Numbered from the stretch's first letter, positions 45,738 through 55,620 are shown. The stretch is 64,000 nt of DNA from Bacteroidales bacterium (GCA_026416095.1 JAOAFV010000041.1:696-64695), one strand, 5' to 3'. Notes: generated by a model from the sequence alone, not told the origin. Program-made: numbers and translations.

Positions 45738-47927
45738 ATGAAAAATAGAGTTTTAGGGGTTTTTCTTTTTATTTGTATATTTTTCTACGGTCGTTGCGAT
45801 GAGGGTATGTGGTTACTTAACCTTATCGGAGAATTAAATTATAATGATATGCAAAAACTTGGATGTAAGTTAACTCCCGACCAAATATATAGCATCAACA
45901 AATCGTCATTAAAAGATGCTATTTTTCAACTAATGAATGAAGTTAAAGGCGAATATGTTGGTTTTTGCACAGCCGAAGCTGTAAGCCCAAATGGTTTGAT
46001 ATTTACCAATCATCACTGTGGATACGATGCAATTGCTAAACTTTCTACTGTTGAACGTGATTATTTAACAGAAGGATTTTGGGCTAAAAATTATAGCGAA
46101 GAGCTACCAGTAGAGGGACTATATGCCTCGAGAATTGTAAAAATAGAAGATGTTACAAACCGCATATTAGAAGGAATTAAAAACGCGGTTAGTGAAGAAG
46201 AAAAGAAAACATTAATAAAAAAAGCAATAGAAAAAATCGAAAAAGAAGCAAAAGAAAACACACATTACGAAGCAAAAGTAAAAGAGTTTTATGCTGGAAA
46301 CGAATATTATCTTTTTGTATTTGAAGTATTTAAAGATATAAGATTAGTTGGTGCTCCGCCTTCTTCGATTGGTAAATTTGGTGGTGATACAGATAATTGG
46401 ATGTGGCCACGTCATACAGGCGATTTTTGTGTATTTAGAATTTACACTGCTCCTGATGGCAAACCAGCAAAATACAATAAAGATAATATACCATATAAGC
46501 CACTTTACTACCTCCCAATTTCTTTAAAAGGAATAAAACCTAACGATTTTACAATGATAATAGGATTTCCAGGGCAAACCGAAAGATATTTAACAGCAAG
46601 TGGCATGACTTTTAAAAGAGATGTGTTTAATCCTACACTCATTAAAATAATTGAGAAAAAATTAAATATATGGAAAAATTTTATGAACATAAATAATGAA
46701 ATTAGAATAGCACTGGCAAGTGAATATGCAGCTCTTGCAAATGCATATAAACTATGGTTAGGAGAAGTCGAAAATTTAAGAAAAACAGATGTTATAGAAA
46801 AACAACGTGAATTTGATAAGCAATTTGTAAAATGGGCCAATTCTATAGAAGACAAAAAGTATTCAACACTTGTTGAGGATTATAGTAATTTATATAAATC
46901 AATGGCTAAACCTATAACGCATTTAATTTATATATCGGTTGCTTTGTTACAAGGGAGCTCACAAGTATTGAAAGTACAAGAATTTATGCACTTAAAAAGC
47001 TTGTTAAATTCTAAAAATGTCGATAAAGCCGAATTAAAGAAAAATATCGAAGAACTAAGAGTAAAAGTAGACGACATCTTTAAAGAATATTATCCTCAAC
47101 TCGATAAAGAAGTATTCTTTGAAATGTTAAAAATGTATTATCGGAACATTCCAAAAGAAGAGCAATTAAAATTTTTATCGACCGACTTGCCTAAAAAATA
47201 CAAAGGGAAAACAATAGAAAATACAATTTATCTCTTTGTGAATAATGTATTTTCAAAAAGTATTTTCACCGATAAAAAGAGAATGCTAGAATTTCTTAAC
47301 AATCCTAAAGCAAAAATATTAAATAATGATCCTTTAATTCACTTTTTTGAGGGTATAATAGGAGAATATCAGTTTAAAATTGTTCCTGCCTATACCTCCA
47401 TGAATAGCAAATTAGAAGTGCTAAATAAAAAATATATCGAAGCCTTAAGAAAATTTCAGCCCGACCGAAAATTCTATCCCGACGCTAATGGCACTATGCG
47501 ACTTACTTATGGTACAGTTCAACCTTATAAACCAAAAGATGCAGTATACTATAATTATATCACATACCTAGATGGTGTGATTGAAAAAATGGATGATTCT
47601 AATCCTGAATTTAAGGTTAGTAGTAGATTGGTAGAATTATACAATAAAAAAGATTTTGGGCGTTATGCAGAAAACAACCGTTTGCCTGTTGCTTTTATTT
47701 CCGATAACGATATAACTGGCGGAAATTCGGGTAGCCCTGTTATCAATGGCAATGGCGAACTTGTTGGTATTGCTTTCGATGGCAACTGGGATTGGCTATG
47801 TAGTAATTATGTTTATAATAAAAATTTACAGCGTACAATTAATGTCGACATTCGTTATGTTTTATGGGTAATAGATAAATTTGCTAATTGTAGCCATATA
47901 ATGAACGAACTGAAAATAATTGAATAA
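45738..47927 (+). CDS. S46-family dipeptidyl-peptidase (DPP7/DPP11-like)
   Basis: It has a signal peptide and DEGMWL, FTNHHCG (His) and ITGGNSGSPVINGNGELVGIAFDGNW (Ser). The length is 729 aa. Confidence 0.9.
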   Translation: MKNRVLGVFLFICIFFYGRCDEGMWLLNLIGELNYNDMQKLGCKLTPDQIYSINKSSLKDAIFQLMNEVKGEYVGFCTAEAVSPNGLIFTNHHCGYDAIAKLSTVERDYLTEGFWAKNYSEELPVEGLYASRIVKIEDVTNRILEGIKNAVSEEEKKTLIKKAIEKIEKEAKENTHYEAKVKEFYAGNEYYLFVFEVFKDIRLVGAPPSSIGKFGGDTDNWMWPRHTGDFCVFRIYTAPDGKPAKYNKDNIPYKPLYYLPISLKGIKPNDFTMIIGFPGQTERYLTASGMTFKRDVFNPTLIKIIEKKLNIWKNFMNINNEIRIALASEYAALANAYKLWLGEVENLRKTDVIEKQREFDKQFVKWANSIEDKKYSTLVEDYSNLYKSMAKPITHLIYISVALLQGSSQVLKVQEFMHLKSLLNSKNVDKAELKKNIEELRVKVDDIFKEYYPQLDKEVFFEMLKMYYRNIPKEEQLKFLSTDLPKKYKGKTIENTIYLFVNNVFSKSIFTDKKRMLEFLNNPKAKILNNDPLIHFFEGIIGEYQFKIVPAYTSMNSKLEVLNKKYIEALRKFQPDRKFYPDANGTMRLTYGTVQPYKPKDAVYYNYITYLDGVIEKMDDSNPEFKVSSRLVELYNKKDFGRYAENNRLPVAFISDNDITGGNSGSPVINGNGELVGIAFDGNWDWLCSNYVYNKNLQRTINVDIRYVLWVIDKFANCSHIMNELKIIE

Positions 47928-47956
47928 AAACTGTTGAAAATTTAATATGAGAAGTA

Positions 47957-47964
47957 TATTTTTG
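47957..47964 (+). promoter_or_regulatory. Putative -7 box TATTTTTG
   Basis: It is an exact TAnnTTTG 17 nt upstream of ATG 47982. Confidence 0.4.
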
Positions 47965-47981
47965 TAAAAAAAAAATAAATT

Positions 47982-50015
47982 ATGACATTTGAATTTGAAA
48001 CCGAAAAAAATTTAGAAACTGCTCGTCAGTTATTGGAAAAGATTAAAGAACAAATTAGCGACGAAACAAGAAAAATAGAGGAGTTTAAAATGAAGATGTA
48101 TCGAGAAAATGATTTTAAATGTTCAAAATTTAAAGCGTATACTGGGCCAAATTATTATTTACCTAAAAAAGCCCTTGTATTTAATATTTTCATAGCACCA
48201 GTGGGCGATAGTGTAAACTTTTACAAAGAACACGTTGCAAAGGTTTTTCCTAAAGCTTTAGAATGGGATACACCTCATGTAATAGATTTATTTTGTAAAG
48301 TTTTACTCGAAACTCTTAAAATGAACATTGATTTATATTTAAATGACTATTCAATTTCTATGGATGGTGATGATTATGTGGTTGCAATAGAATATCTTGA
48401 TAAAAATGTAGCTATAGATTGTGTTTATCTTGTTTCAGATTGGTTTTATGCTCTTTCTTATAAAGATGGCGAATTCGATTTTGTTGGTAAATGGCAAGAA
48501 CTCCAACAAAAGTTCGATAGAACCCTTTACGGAGGTCCAACATTATATTCACTTATCGAAGCCGGTTTAAAACGTAACATACCAATCATATACTTATATG
48601 AAGAAAATCAGTTTATGTGGGGATATGGGAAAAAACAATTACGTGGTCGCTCAACAACATTCCACAACGATGGTATTAAAGATACAGAATTTACTATGTA
48701 TAAAGATATGGTAGGCGAATTCTTAGAAAAATGCGGCTTCCCAACCCCTAAGTCATTCAATTGCTTTACAGAAAAAGAAGTTCTAGATGCTGTAAAAAAA
48801 CTTGGATTTCCTTTGGTTATTAAACCAGTTGCAGGACATAAAGGACAAGGAGTTACAACTGGAATTGAAAATGAGCAACAAGCACTAGAAGCTTTCAATA
48901 AAATTGTTAAGGCAGCTCAAGAAGAAGGTGTTAATTTCGATGGAGCATTAGTACAGCAACAAATATATGGCACCGACCATCGTTTACTAGCAGTTAATGG
49001 TAAATTTGTCGCTGCTCTTGAAAGAGTTCCTGCTTACGTTATTGGCGACGGTACTCATACAATAGAAGAACTTATTCATATTGAAAATCAAAAAGAAATT
49101 CGTGCCGATACTGCTCGCTCGCCCTTATGCAAAATTAAAATAGACGATAATCTTATAGAATTTTTAAAATTACAAAACTTGTCGTTAAAAAGTGTTCCAA
49201 AAGAAGGAGAACGTGTTGTTTTAAGAAGAGTTGCAAACATATCGGCAGGAGGGGTCTCTATTAATGTTACCGATAAAATACACCCAGCTAATGTTAAATT
49301 AGTTGAAGATATTGCTTCGTTCTTTTTAGTACGTTGTTTAGGCATTGATGTACTCGCAAAAGATATCTCGAAACCATGGTATGATGGCGATTTTGGTATT
49401 ATTGAAATAAATGCAGGTCCTGGTGTGTTCATGCATCTTGCTCCAGCATACGGCGGAAGCATCGATGTGCCAGGCATGATCATTATGTCGCATTTTAAAC
49501 GTCCTGAAAATGCCCGCATCCCAATAATTGGTGCTAACTATGTTAGTCAAGAATTTGCTAATAAACTTAATCGCAAACTGCATGAAATAAAACCTTCTAT
49601 TTTCTTTGGAAGTATAACACGTAAAGGTATTTATTTTAATGGTGAGTATTTTTACAATAATCCTCATTTCGATGCAAGTGTTGAGGTTTTACTACGTCAT
49701 CCAAAATTAGATTTTGCATTAATAGCTAGCGATATTGACGATATTTTTGATTATGGTCTTGTTTATCAAGGAGCAGATCTTATTATATTAGATGAACCCT
49801 ATAGAGCCGAAGAAGACACATTACTCAAACAATTGTTACCTGGAGGATATGTAGTAAATATTGAAGAATCTCAAATTTATCTAAAACAAAACAATGAAGT
49901 ACTTAACACAACTTCTTACGACGTTAATAATCCCGACGATAAAGAAGATAAGTTGCTTACTATTATTGAGCCCATTCTTTATGAATTAGTTAATAAATAT
50001 GAATATAACGACTAA
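47982..50015 (+). CDS. Cyanophycin-synthetase-like protein: N domain plus ATP-grasp (G) domain, with a truncated and degenerate Mur-ligase-like tail
   Basis: CphA-like motifs are YTGPNYY, GGPTLYSLIEAGLKRNIPII, FPLVIKPVAGHKGQGVT, RVANISAGGVSINVTDKIHPANV, LGIDVLAKDISKPW and GIIEINAGPGVFMHLAP. After ARIPIIGA, the expected P-loop is replaced by NYVSQE. The total length is only 677 aa. Confidence 0.75.
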   Translation: MTFEFETEKNLETARQLLEKIKEQISDETRKIEEFKMKMYRENDFKCSKFKAYTGPNYYLPKKALVFNIFIAPVGDSVNFYKEHVAKVFPKALEWDTPHVIDLFCKVLLETLKMNIDLYLNDYSISMDGDDYVVAIEYLDKNVAIDCVYLVSDWFYALSYKDGEFDFVGKWQELQQKFDRTLYGGPTLYSLIEAGLKRNIPIIYLYEENQFMWGYGKKQLRGRSTTFHNDGIKDTEFTMYKDMVGEFLEKCGFPTPKSFNCFTEKEVLDAVKKLGFPLVIKPVAGHKGQGVTTGIENEQQALEAFNKIVKAAQEEGVNFDGALVQQQIYGTDHRLLAVNGKFVAALERVPAYVIGDGTHTIEELIHIENQKEIRADTARSPLCKIKIDDNLIEFLKLQNLSLKSVPKEGERVVLRRVANISAGGVSINVTDKIHPANVKLVEDIASFFLVRCLGIDVLAKDISKPWYDGDFGIIEINAGPGVFMHLAPAYGGSIDVPGMIIMSHFKRPENARIPIIGANYVSQEFANKLNRKLHEIKPSIFFGSITRKGIYFNGEYFYNNPHFDASVEVLLRHPKLDFALIASDIDDIFDYGLVYQGADLIILDEPYRAEEDTLLKQLLPGGYVVNIEESQIYLKQNNEVLNTTSYDVNNPDDKEDKLLTIIEPILYELVNKYEYND

Positions 50016-51030
50016 TGTATTGCTTTTATTTATATCTTTTACACTATTTTCTCAAATTATAATAACATCGGCCGATTTGCCAGGAGTAGGCGATACTCTT
50101 CATTATAAAATTGCGACCCTTTTTAATTTCGATGAAAACCATACTGGCCAAAATGTTTTATGGGACTTTAGTAATTTAACCCCAATAACCGAACGCGCCG
50201 ATACAATAATCTCGGTGTTTCAAACGCCTGCTGTTTATAACGTTGTTTTTAATCCATTTATAGCTAATCAAGCATACATTAATCAAAGTCCTCCTTCGTT
50301 GGGTATTGGAATAACTATTGAAGATTATTATGACTTTTTTTATAAAAAGAATACTTTTTATAGAAAAGCAGGCTTTGGAGCTAAAATTAATGGCATACCC
50401 ACACCTGTAAAATATGATAATCCTGAGTTATTTTTTAAGCTACCTTTAACTTATGGAACTTCCGATTCATCTGTGTCTCATTTTGACATGAATATTCCTA
50501 ATTATGGATACTTTGGCCAAACAATTTATAGAAAACATATAGCCGATGGGTACGGGCAAATTATAACTCCTTTTGGAACTTTTAATGCCATAAGAGTTAA
50601 GTGTACTATTAACTATATCGATACTTTTTTTTATGAGCAATATAATTTTGGTACAACAATAGTAAGACCACCAGAATACGAATACTATTGGCTTACTAAT
50701 GGAATTAAAGGTTATGTGGCAAAAGTTTATAAAACAACAATGTTTACACAAATTGAATATTATTATGATCCTTTAACAAATGTTAATGCCGTTGAAAATA
50801 GTAATAACATATTAATTGAGTTCGAAAAAAATATAGTTAAAATTTTTAGTAGTATAGATAAGTATACCATATCACTTACCGATATAACAGGCAAAACTAT
50901 TTTTAAGGAAAAAGTAGCAAATTGTCGTATTAAAAATATTGATATTTCTGGCCTACAAAATGGAGTATATATACTTACTCTGACTTCTAATGAAAAATTA
51001 TATTCAAAGCTGATAAGCAAAAATAACTGA
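49999..51030 (+). CDS. Secreted hypothetical protein with T9SS C-terminal sorting domain
   Basis: It has a signal peptide (VLLLFISFTLFSQ). The C-terminus is VKIFSS...ISLTDITGKTIFKE...IDISGLQNGVYILTLTSNEKLYSKLI. Confidence 0.7.
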   Translation: MNITTNVLLLFISFTLFSQIIITSADLPGVGDTLHYKIATLFNFDENHTGQNVLWDFSNLTPITERADTIISVFQTPAVYNVVFNPFIANQAYINQSPPSLGIGITIEDYYDFFYKKNTFYRKAGFGAKINGIPTPVKYDNPELFFKLPLTYGTSDSSVSHFDMNIPNYGYFGQTIYRKHIADGYGQIITPFGTFNAIRVKCTINYIDTFFYEQYNFGTTIVRPPEYEYYWLTNGIKGYVAKVYKTTMFTQIEYYYDPLTNVNAVENSNNILIEFEKNIVKIFSSIDKYTISLTDITGKTIFKEKVANCRIKNIDISGLQNGVYILTLTSNEKLYSKLISKNN

Positions 51031-51067
51031 CAATTTGTATTTTTTTTATTGTTGGAATAAAATTTGT

Positions 51068-51075
51068 TAATTTTG
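51068..51075 (+). promoter_or_regulatory. Putative -7 box TAATTTTG
   Basis: It is an exact TAnnTTTG 18 nt upstream of ATG 51094. Confidence 0.4.
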
Positions 51076-51093
51076 TAGTAAAAATTTAGCATT

Positions 51094-51786
51094 ATGTATT
51101 TCGGTCCAATTTGGATAATTTTTGGAGTATTTGCTTTATTAAGTTGGATTGTTTCGTTACAATTAAAACGTAGATTTAAAGAGTATAGTCAAATACCAAC
51201 TAATGGTGGTTTAAGTGGAAAAGAAGTTGCAGAGAAACTGCTGCGCGACAATGGAATATACGATGTTAAAGTAGTGTCGGTACCAGGTTTTCTTACCGAT
51301 CATTATAACCCAATAACAAAAACAGTTAACCTTAGTCCTGATGTATATCATGGCAGAAATATTGCAGCTGCTGCAGTTGCTTCACATGAATGTGGTCATG
51401 CTATTCAACATGCTAAAGCGTACTTTTTCTTAAAGGTAAGAACAGCCCTAGTACCAGTGGTACAATTTGCGTCTATGTGGGTACAATGGGTTTTGTTGAT
51501 CGGAATATTATTGGTAGAAACAATACCTACAATTTTACTTATTGGAATAATATTGTTTGCTTCTACTACTTTATTTAGCTTAATTACATTACCCGTTGAA
51601 ATTAATGCAAGCCAGCGTGCTCTAAATTGGTTGGCAAGTAGTGGAATATCTACTTATTCAACATACCCTAAAGCTAAAGACGCTCTTAAATGGGCAGCTT
51701 ATACTTACGTAATAGCTGCGCTTGCTTCGCTTGCTACTCTCATTTATTATATAATGATTTTTTTAGGAGCTAAGCGTAACGACTAA
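51094..51786 (+). CDS. Membrane zinc metallopeptidase (Zn_peptidase_2 type)
   Basis: It has an HECGHAIQH zinc motif and SGKEVAEKLL...YDVKV...LTDHYNP, flanked by transmembrane segments. Confidence 0.85.
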   Translation: MYFGPIWIIFGVFALLSWIVSLQLKRRFKEYSQIPTNGGLSGKEVAEKLLRDNGIYDVKVVSVPGFLTDHYNPITKTVNLSPDVYHGRNIAAAAVASHECGHAIQHAKAYFFLKVRTALVPVVQFASMWVQWVLLIGILLVETIPTILLIGIILFASTTLFSLITLPVEINASQRALNWLASSGISTYSTYPKAKDALKWAAYTYVIAALASLATLIYYIMIFLGAKRND

Positions 51787-51792
51787 TTAATT

Positions 51793-52617
51793 TTGAAAAA
51801 TTTCAAAACAATATTAATCTACTTAATTGCTTTCACCATTTGTTTTAGTGTATTATTATTTCAAAGAAAAACGGGGCCAACATATCCTTATCCAGTAACT
51901 TTAAACATTGACGATTCTGTTTATTCTTTTAAACTTCCACGTTCAGCTAATAATGACAAAGATCTTGAATTAGTTATACCTAAAATAAAAAATTTTTCGG
52001 CTTATGTTAGTTACAGAAAATACAGATACGATAAAAAGTTTGAAACTAAATTTTTTGTAGAAAAAAATAATAAGTTAGTTGTAACGGTGCCCTCATTACC
52101 ATCTGCTGGTAAATATGAATATAATGTCTTTTATTACGATAAAAACAACCAAAAAATAATAAAAGTAAATAAAGATCCTGTTATTATAAGATTTAAAAAT
52201 AAAGTGCCTGATGTTATAGTTGTTCTTCATATTATTTTCATTTTTTTAGGATTTTTATCTTCTAACATTTCTGGTTTATTAGCTGTTTTCAATACGAATA
52301 AAATAAATCTTATAAAGAAGTTTTCTCTTATAACTTTATTATTATTTTTAATTGGTGGCTTTATTATGGGCCCTATTATGCAAAAATTAGCGTTTGGAGT
52401 ATGGTGGTCGGGATTTCCTTTTGGGATCGATCTTACTGACAATAAAATGCTATTCTCTTTTATTACGTGGGTTATATGTTTTATAAGGTTTGTTAAGACA
52501 AAAAATAATAAATATATAATTGCTGCTGCTTTATTAACTATTGTCATTTTTCTTATTCCACACAGTTTATTAGGTTCTGAATACGATTTTAAAAGTTCTA
52601 AAGTAGTTAATAGATAA
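51793..52617 (+). CDS. Hypothetical membrane protein
   Basis: It is a 274-aa ORF with an N-terminal TM segment, a soluble middle part and 4-5 C-terminal TM helices. It uses a TTG start and I recognised no motif. Confidence 0.55.
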   Translation: MKNFKTILIYLIAFTICFSVLLFQRKTGPTYPYPVTLNIDDSVYSFKLPRSANNDKDLELVIPKIKNFSAYVSYRKYRYDKKFETKFFVEKNNKLVVTVPSLPSAGKYEYNVFYYDKNNQKIIKVNKDPVIIRFKNKVPDVIVVLHIIFIFLGFLSSNISGLLAVFNTNKINLIKKFSLITLLLFLIGGFIMGPIMQKLAFGVWWSGFPFGIDLTDNKMLFSFITWVICFIRFVKTKNNKYIIAAALLTIVIFLIPHSLLGSEYDFKSSKVVNR

Positions 52618-52703
52618 AATTACTTAACTAATCGGGTTTTTTATAAAATAAATTCTGTATTTTCTTTAATTTGTGTACTTTTGTAGATAAACAAATTTAC
52701 ATC

Positions 52704-52711
52704 TAAATTTG
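52704..52711 (+). promoter_or_regulatory. Putative -7 box TAAATTTG (a second box, TACTTTTG, lies at 52676-52683)
   Basis: It is an exact TAnnTTTG 18 nt upstream of ATG 52730. Confidence 0.4.
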
Positions 52712-52729
52712 TAGAACTAAATTTATGTA

Positions 52730-53197
52730 ATGAAATATAAAGTTTTTGTTTTTATTGTAATTTTTAGCTTTGCTTGTAAAAATAGTATTGTTTTTTACGA
52801 TAAATATGTAGAAATACCCGACGAAAAATGGAATAATAAAAATATAATTAAGTTCGTTTTTTATAATCCCGATACAGTTACTCCTTACAATGTTTATATA
52901 AACATACGAAATACAAATAAGTACCCTTTAAGTAATTTATATTTATTTGTTACTTTACATACGCCAAAACAAAATATATTAAAAGATACTATAAATTGTA
53001 TTCTTGCTAACGATAAAGGAGAATGGTATGGACGTACTCTATTGGGTTATGTGTTCGATAATTCTTTTTTGTATAAAAGAAAATATGTATTTAAAGAAAA
53101 AGGGACTTATACTTTTACATTAGAGCAAGCATTAAGGATAACAGAAGTGCTGGGCATAAAAAATGTTGGCTTAAAAATCGAAAAAGCCATAGAATAA
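52730..53197 (+). CDS. gldH: Gliding-motility lipoprotein GldH-like
   Basis: It has a lipoprotein signal (VIFSFAC), is 155 aa long, and shows the pattern W...I.F.F...D....Y.VYINIRNTN.YP.SNLYLF......L....G.W.G as I recall for GldH. Confidence 0.55.
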   Translation: MKYKVFVFIVIFSFACKNSIVFYDKYVEIPDEKWNNKNIIKFVFYNPDTVTPYNVYINIRNTNKYPLSNLYLFVTLHTPKQNILKDTINCILANDKGEWYGRTLLGYVFDNSFLYKRKYVFKEKGTYTFTLEQALRITEVLGIKNVGLKIEKAIE

Positions 53198-53958
53198 TGG
53201 GGAAAAAACTTAAACGATTTGAGCAATTAAAAAGTTTTTCGAACGTAATTCAACCAAAACTTTCAGAAGTTTTATGTAAATCGTTTTTTTTGAAGAATAA
53301 TTGGCATAATGAATATTTTAAAAATAACAACCCAATAGTACTTGAAATAGGTTGTGGAAAAGGTGAATATACTGTAGAGCTTGCAAAACTTTATCCTAAT
53401 AAAAATTTTATTGGAGTTGACATTAAAGGATATAGATTATATGTAGGAGCAAAGCAGGCCCTACTTAGTGGTTTAACTAATGTAGCATTTGTAAGAACGA
53501 GAGCAGAATTTATTGATAGCATATTTGGTCAAAATGAAATCAGTGAATTATGGCTTACTTTTCCCGATCCTCAACAAAAAAAAAGATGGACAAAAAAAAG
53601 ATTGACTTCGGCATTGTTCTTAAATAAATATAATAATTTTTTAAGCAATGGTTCGTTTATTCATCTAAAAACAGATTCTGATTTTTTGTACCATTATACG
53701 TTTGAGCTATTAAAAATGAATTCAATAGAAATAATCGAGTTCACAACAAATGTTTACCAAAGCAATCTTGTTAGAAACGATCCTGCTCTTAATATAAAAA
53801 CATACTACGAAGAACTTTTTGTTAAATTAGGTTTTACAATAAAATATATAAAATGGAAAACCAAAAATGTTGTATTAAAAGAATTACCTGATGAAAAGAT
53901 TGAAGAACTCATATCGATATATCCCCGATCCGTTATTCCCAAACGACAACTTTTTTGA
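53197..53958 (+). CDS. trmB: tRNA (guanine46-N7)-methyltransferase
   Basis: Motifs LEIGCGKGEYTVELAKLYPNKNFIGVDIKG, LTFPDPQQKKRWTKKRL and HLKTDS are present. Confidence 0.85.
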   Translation: MGKKLKRFEQLKSFSNVIQPKLSEVLCKSFFLKNNWHNEYFKNNNPIVLEIGCGKGEYTVELAKLYPNKNFIGVDIKGYRLYVGAKQALLSGLTNVAFVRTRAEFIDSIFGQNEISELWLTFPDPQQKKRWTKKRLTSALFLNKYNNFLSNGSFIHLKTDSDFLYHYTFELLKMNSIEIIEFTTNVYQSNLVRNDPALNIKTYYEELFVKLGFTIKYIKWKTKNVVLKELPDEKIEELISIYPRSVIPKRQLF

Positions 53959-54268
53959 TCTTGTTTATCAAGTAGTGCGACTAATTCCTTACGGTCGTGT
54001 ATCGACCTATGGAGCAATAGCTCGTTATTTGGGTGCTGCAAAATCTGCTCGTATGGTGGGGTGGGCATTGAATAATTCGCATAATGTAATTCCAAAAGTC
54101 CCTGCTCATAGAGTGGTAAATCGTAATGGTTTTTTAACAGGTTATATGCATTTTGCCACTCCTACACTCATGGAAGAATTACTTAAAAGCGAAGGCATTA
54201 TAGTAGAGAATAAAAGAATTATTAATTTTAAAGATGTTTTCTGGGATCCATCATTTGAATTACTCTAA
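53891..54268 (+). CDS. MGMT-family DNA-binding protein lacking the acceptor cysteine (alkyltransferase-like, ATL)
   Basis: It has VYQVVRLIPYGRVSTYGAIARYLG and VPAHRVVNRNG, where genuine MGMT has PCHRV. The start is uncertain, because ATG 53891 overlaps trmB by 68 nt. Confidence 0.7.
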   Translation: MKRLKNSYRYIPDPLFPNDNFFDLVYQVVRLIPYGRVSTYGAIARYLGAAKSARMVGWALNNSHNVIPKVPAHRVVNRNGFLTGYMHFATPTLMEELLKSEGIIVENKRIINFKDVFWDPSFELL

Positions 54269-54276
54269 AACATTTA

Positions 54277-54284
54277 TAACTTTG
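54277..54284 (+). promoter_or_regulatory. Putative -7 box TAACTTTG
   Basis: It is an exact TAnnTTTG 15 nt upstream of ATG 54300. Confidence 0.4.
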
Positions 54285-54299
54285 TAAAATTTATTATCA

Positions 54300-55376
54300 A
54301 TGGAAGAACGAATTAAAACATTGTTAAAAACTATTATTCATCCCGAAATTAATAATAATATTGTTGATTCAGGAATTTTAAAAACTATTTCGGTTAAAGA
54401 AAAAACTATCGAAGTAGTACTTGAATTCAGAAAAAAAATAGACCCTGTTGCTAACCTAATAAAAAACAATATCGAAGAACTGTTAAAATCTGAATTTCCT
54501 AATTATGTGCCTGTTATTAAAAATCTAACAAAAAGTACCGAGAGTGAAAAGTACAATTCGTTAGATAAAGTAAAGAATATAGTAGCAGTTGCTTCAACAA
54601 AAGGGGGGGTAGGTAAATCGACAGTAACTGTATCGCTTGCAACAACGCTTTCTATGAATGGCTATTCTATTGGGCTACTCGATGCCGATATTTATGGCCC
54701 TTCGATACCTAAAATGTTGGGAGTTGAAAAAGAAAAACCGCATTTAATAGAAGGCGAAATACCATTAATTGAACCCATAATACGCTTTGGTATTAAAACA
54801 ATGAGTATTGGTTTTTTTATTGAAGTCGATCAATCTCTTATATGGAGAGGACCAATGGCAACAAATGCTTTAAAACAATTGATCGAAAATACTAATTGGG
54901 GCGAATTAGATATTTTATTTATCGATTTACCACCAAGTACTGGCGACATACATATAACTTTGATACAAACAATTCCTGTTACAGGAGTTGTAATAATAAC
55001 AACCCCGCAAGAAGTTGCTTTATCGGATGTTATTAAAGGCGCCAATATGTTTAGGCATGAAGAAATAAATGTGCCTATACTTGGAATTATTGAAAATATG
55101 TCGTGGTTTACTCCCGCTGAGTTGCCAATGAATAAGTATTATATTTTTGGTAAAGGAGGTGGAGAAAAACTTGCTCGTCGCTATAATGTCCCATTATTAG
55201 GTCAAATACCATTGATACAGTCGATATGTGAAGCCGCTGATAAAGGTATTCCTATTGTTAATTCTCATTGCAACGAAGCAATAATTTTCAGAGATATAGC
55301 AGATAAACTTATACATGCACTTGAAGAAAGAAATAAAAATCTTCCACCAACAAAAGTGGTTAAAATAAAAAAATAA
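54300..55376 (+). CDS. apbC: Mrp/NBP35-family Fe-S cluster carrier ATPase
   Basis: It has an N-terminal DUF59-like domain, a deviant Walker A (ASTKGGVGKSTV), DADIYGPS and DLPPSTGD. Confidence 0.9.
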   Translation: MEERIKTLLKTIIHPEINNNIVDSGILKTISVKEKTIEVVLEFRKKIDPVANLIKNNIEELLKSEFPNYVPVIKNLTKSTESEKYNSLDKVKNIVAVASTKGGVGKSTVTVSLATTLSMNGYSIGLLDADIYGPSIPKMLGVEKEKPHLIEGEIPLIEPIIRFGIKTMSIGFFIEVDQSLIWRGPMATNALKQLIENTNWGELDILFIDLPPSTGDIHITLIQTIPVTGVVIITTPQEVALSDVIKGANMFRHEEINVPILGIIENMSWFTPAELPMNKYYIFGKGGGEKLARRYNVPLLGQIPLIQSICEAADKGIPIVNSHCNEAIIFRDIADKLIHALEERNKNLPPTKVVKIKK

Positions 55377-55383
55377 TCTAATT

Positions 55384-55620
55384 ATGAATAGAGAAGAAAA
55401 AAAACAAAAAATTAAAGATGTAATTAATGAAATTCGGCCATATTTGCAAAATGATGGTGGCGATATAGAACTTGTAGAAATTACCGACGATTTTGTTGTA
55501 AAAGTGAAACTTGTTGGTACTTGTGGTTGTTGCCCATATAAATTAATGACTTTGAAAGATGGTATTGAAACTGCTTTGAAAAATAGTGTTCCAGAAGTAA
55601 AAGAGGTGGTAAGTGTTTGA
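55384..55620 (+). CDS. NifU C-terminal-domain Fe-S assembly protein
   Basis: Motifs IRPYLQNDGGDIELV and LVGTCGCCPYKLMTLKDGIE are present. Confidence 0.85.
   Translation: MNREEKKQKIKDVINEIRPYLQNDGGDIELVEITDDFVVKVKLVGTCGCCPYKLMTLKDGIETALKNSVPEVKEVVSV

Noticed and set aside
48608-49667. Minus-strand ORFs (96, 143 and 109 aa) inside the CphA-like gene
   Set aside because: They are antisense shadow frames. The plus-strand frame carries the full ATP-grasp motif set.
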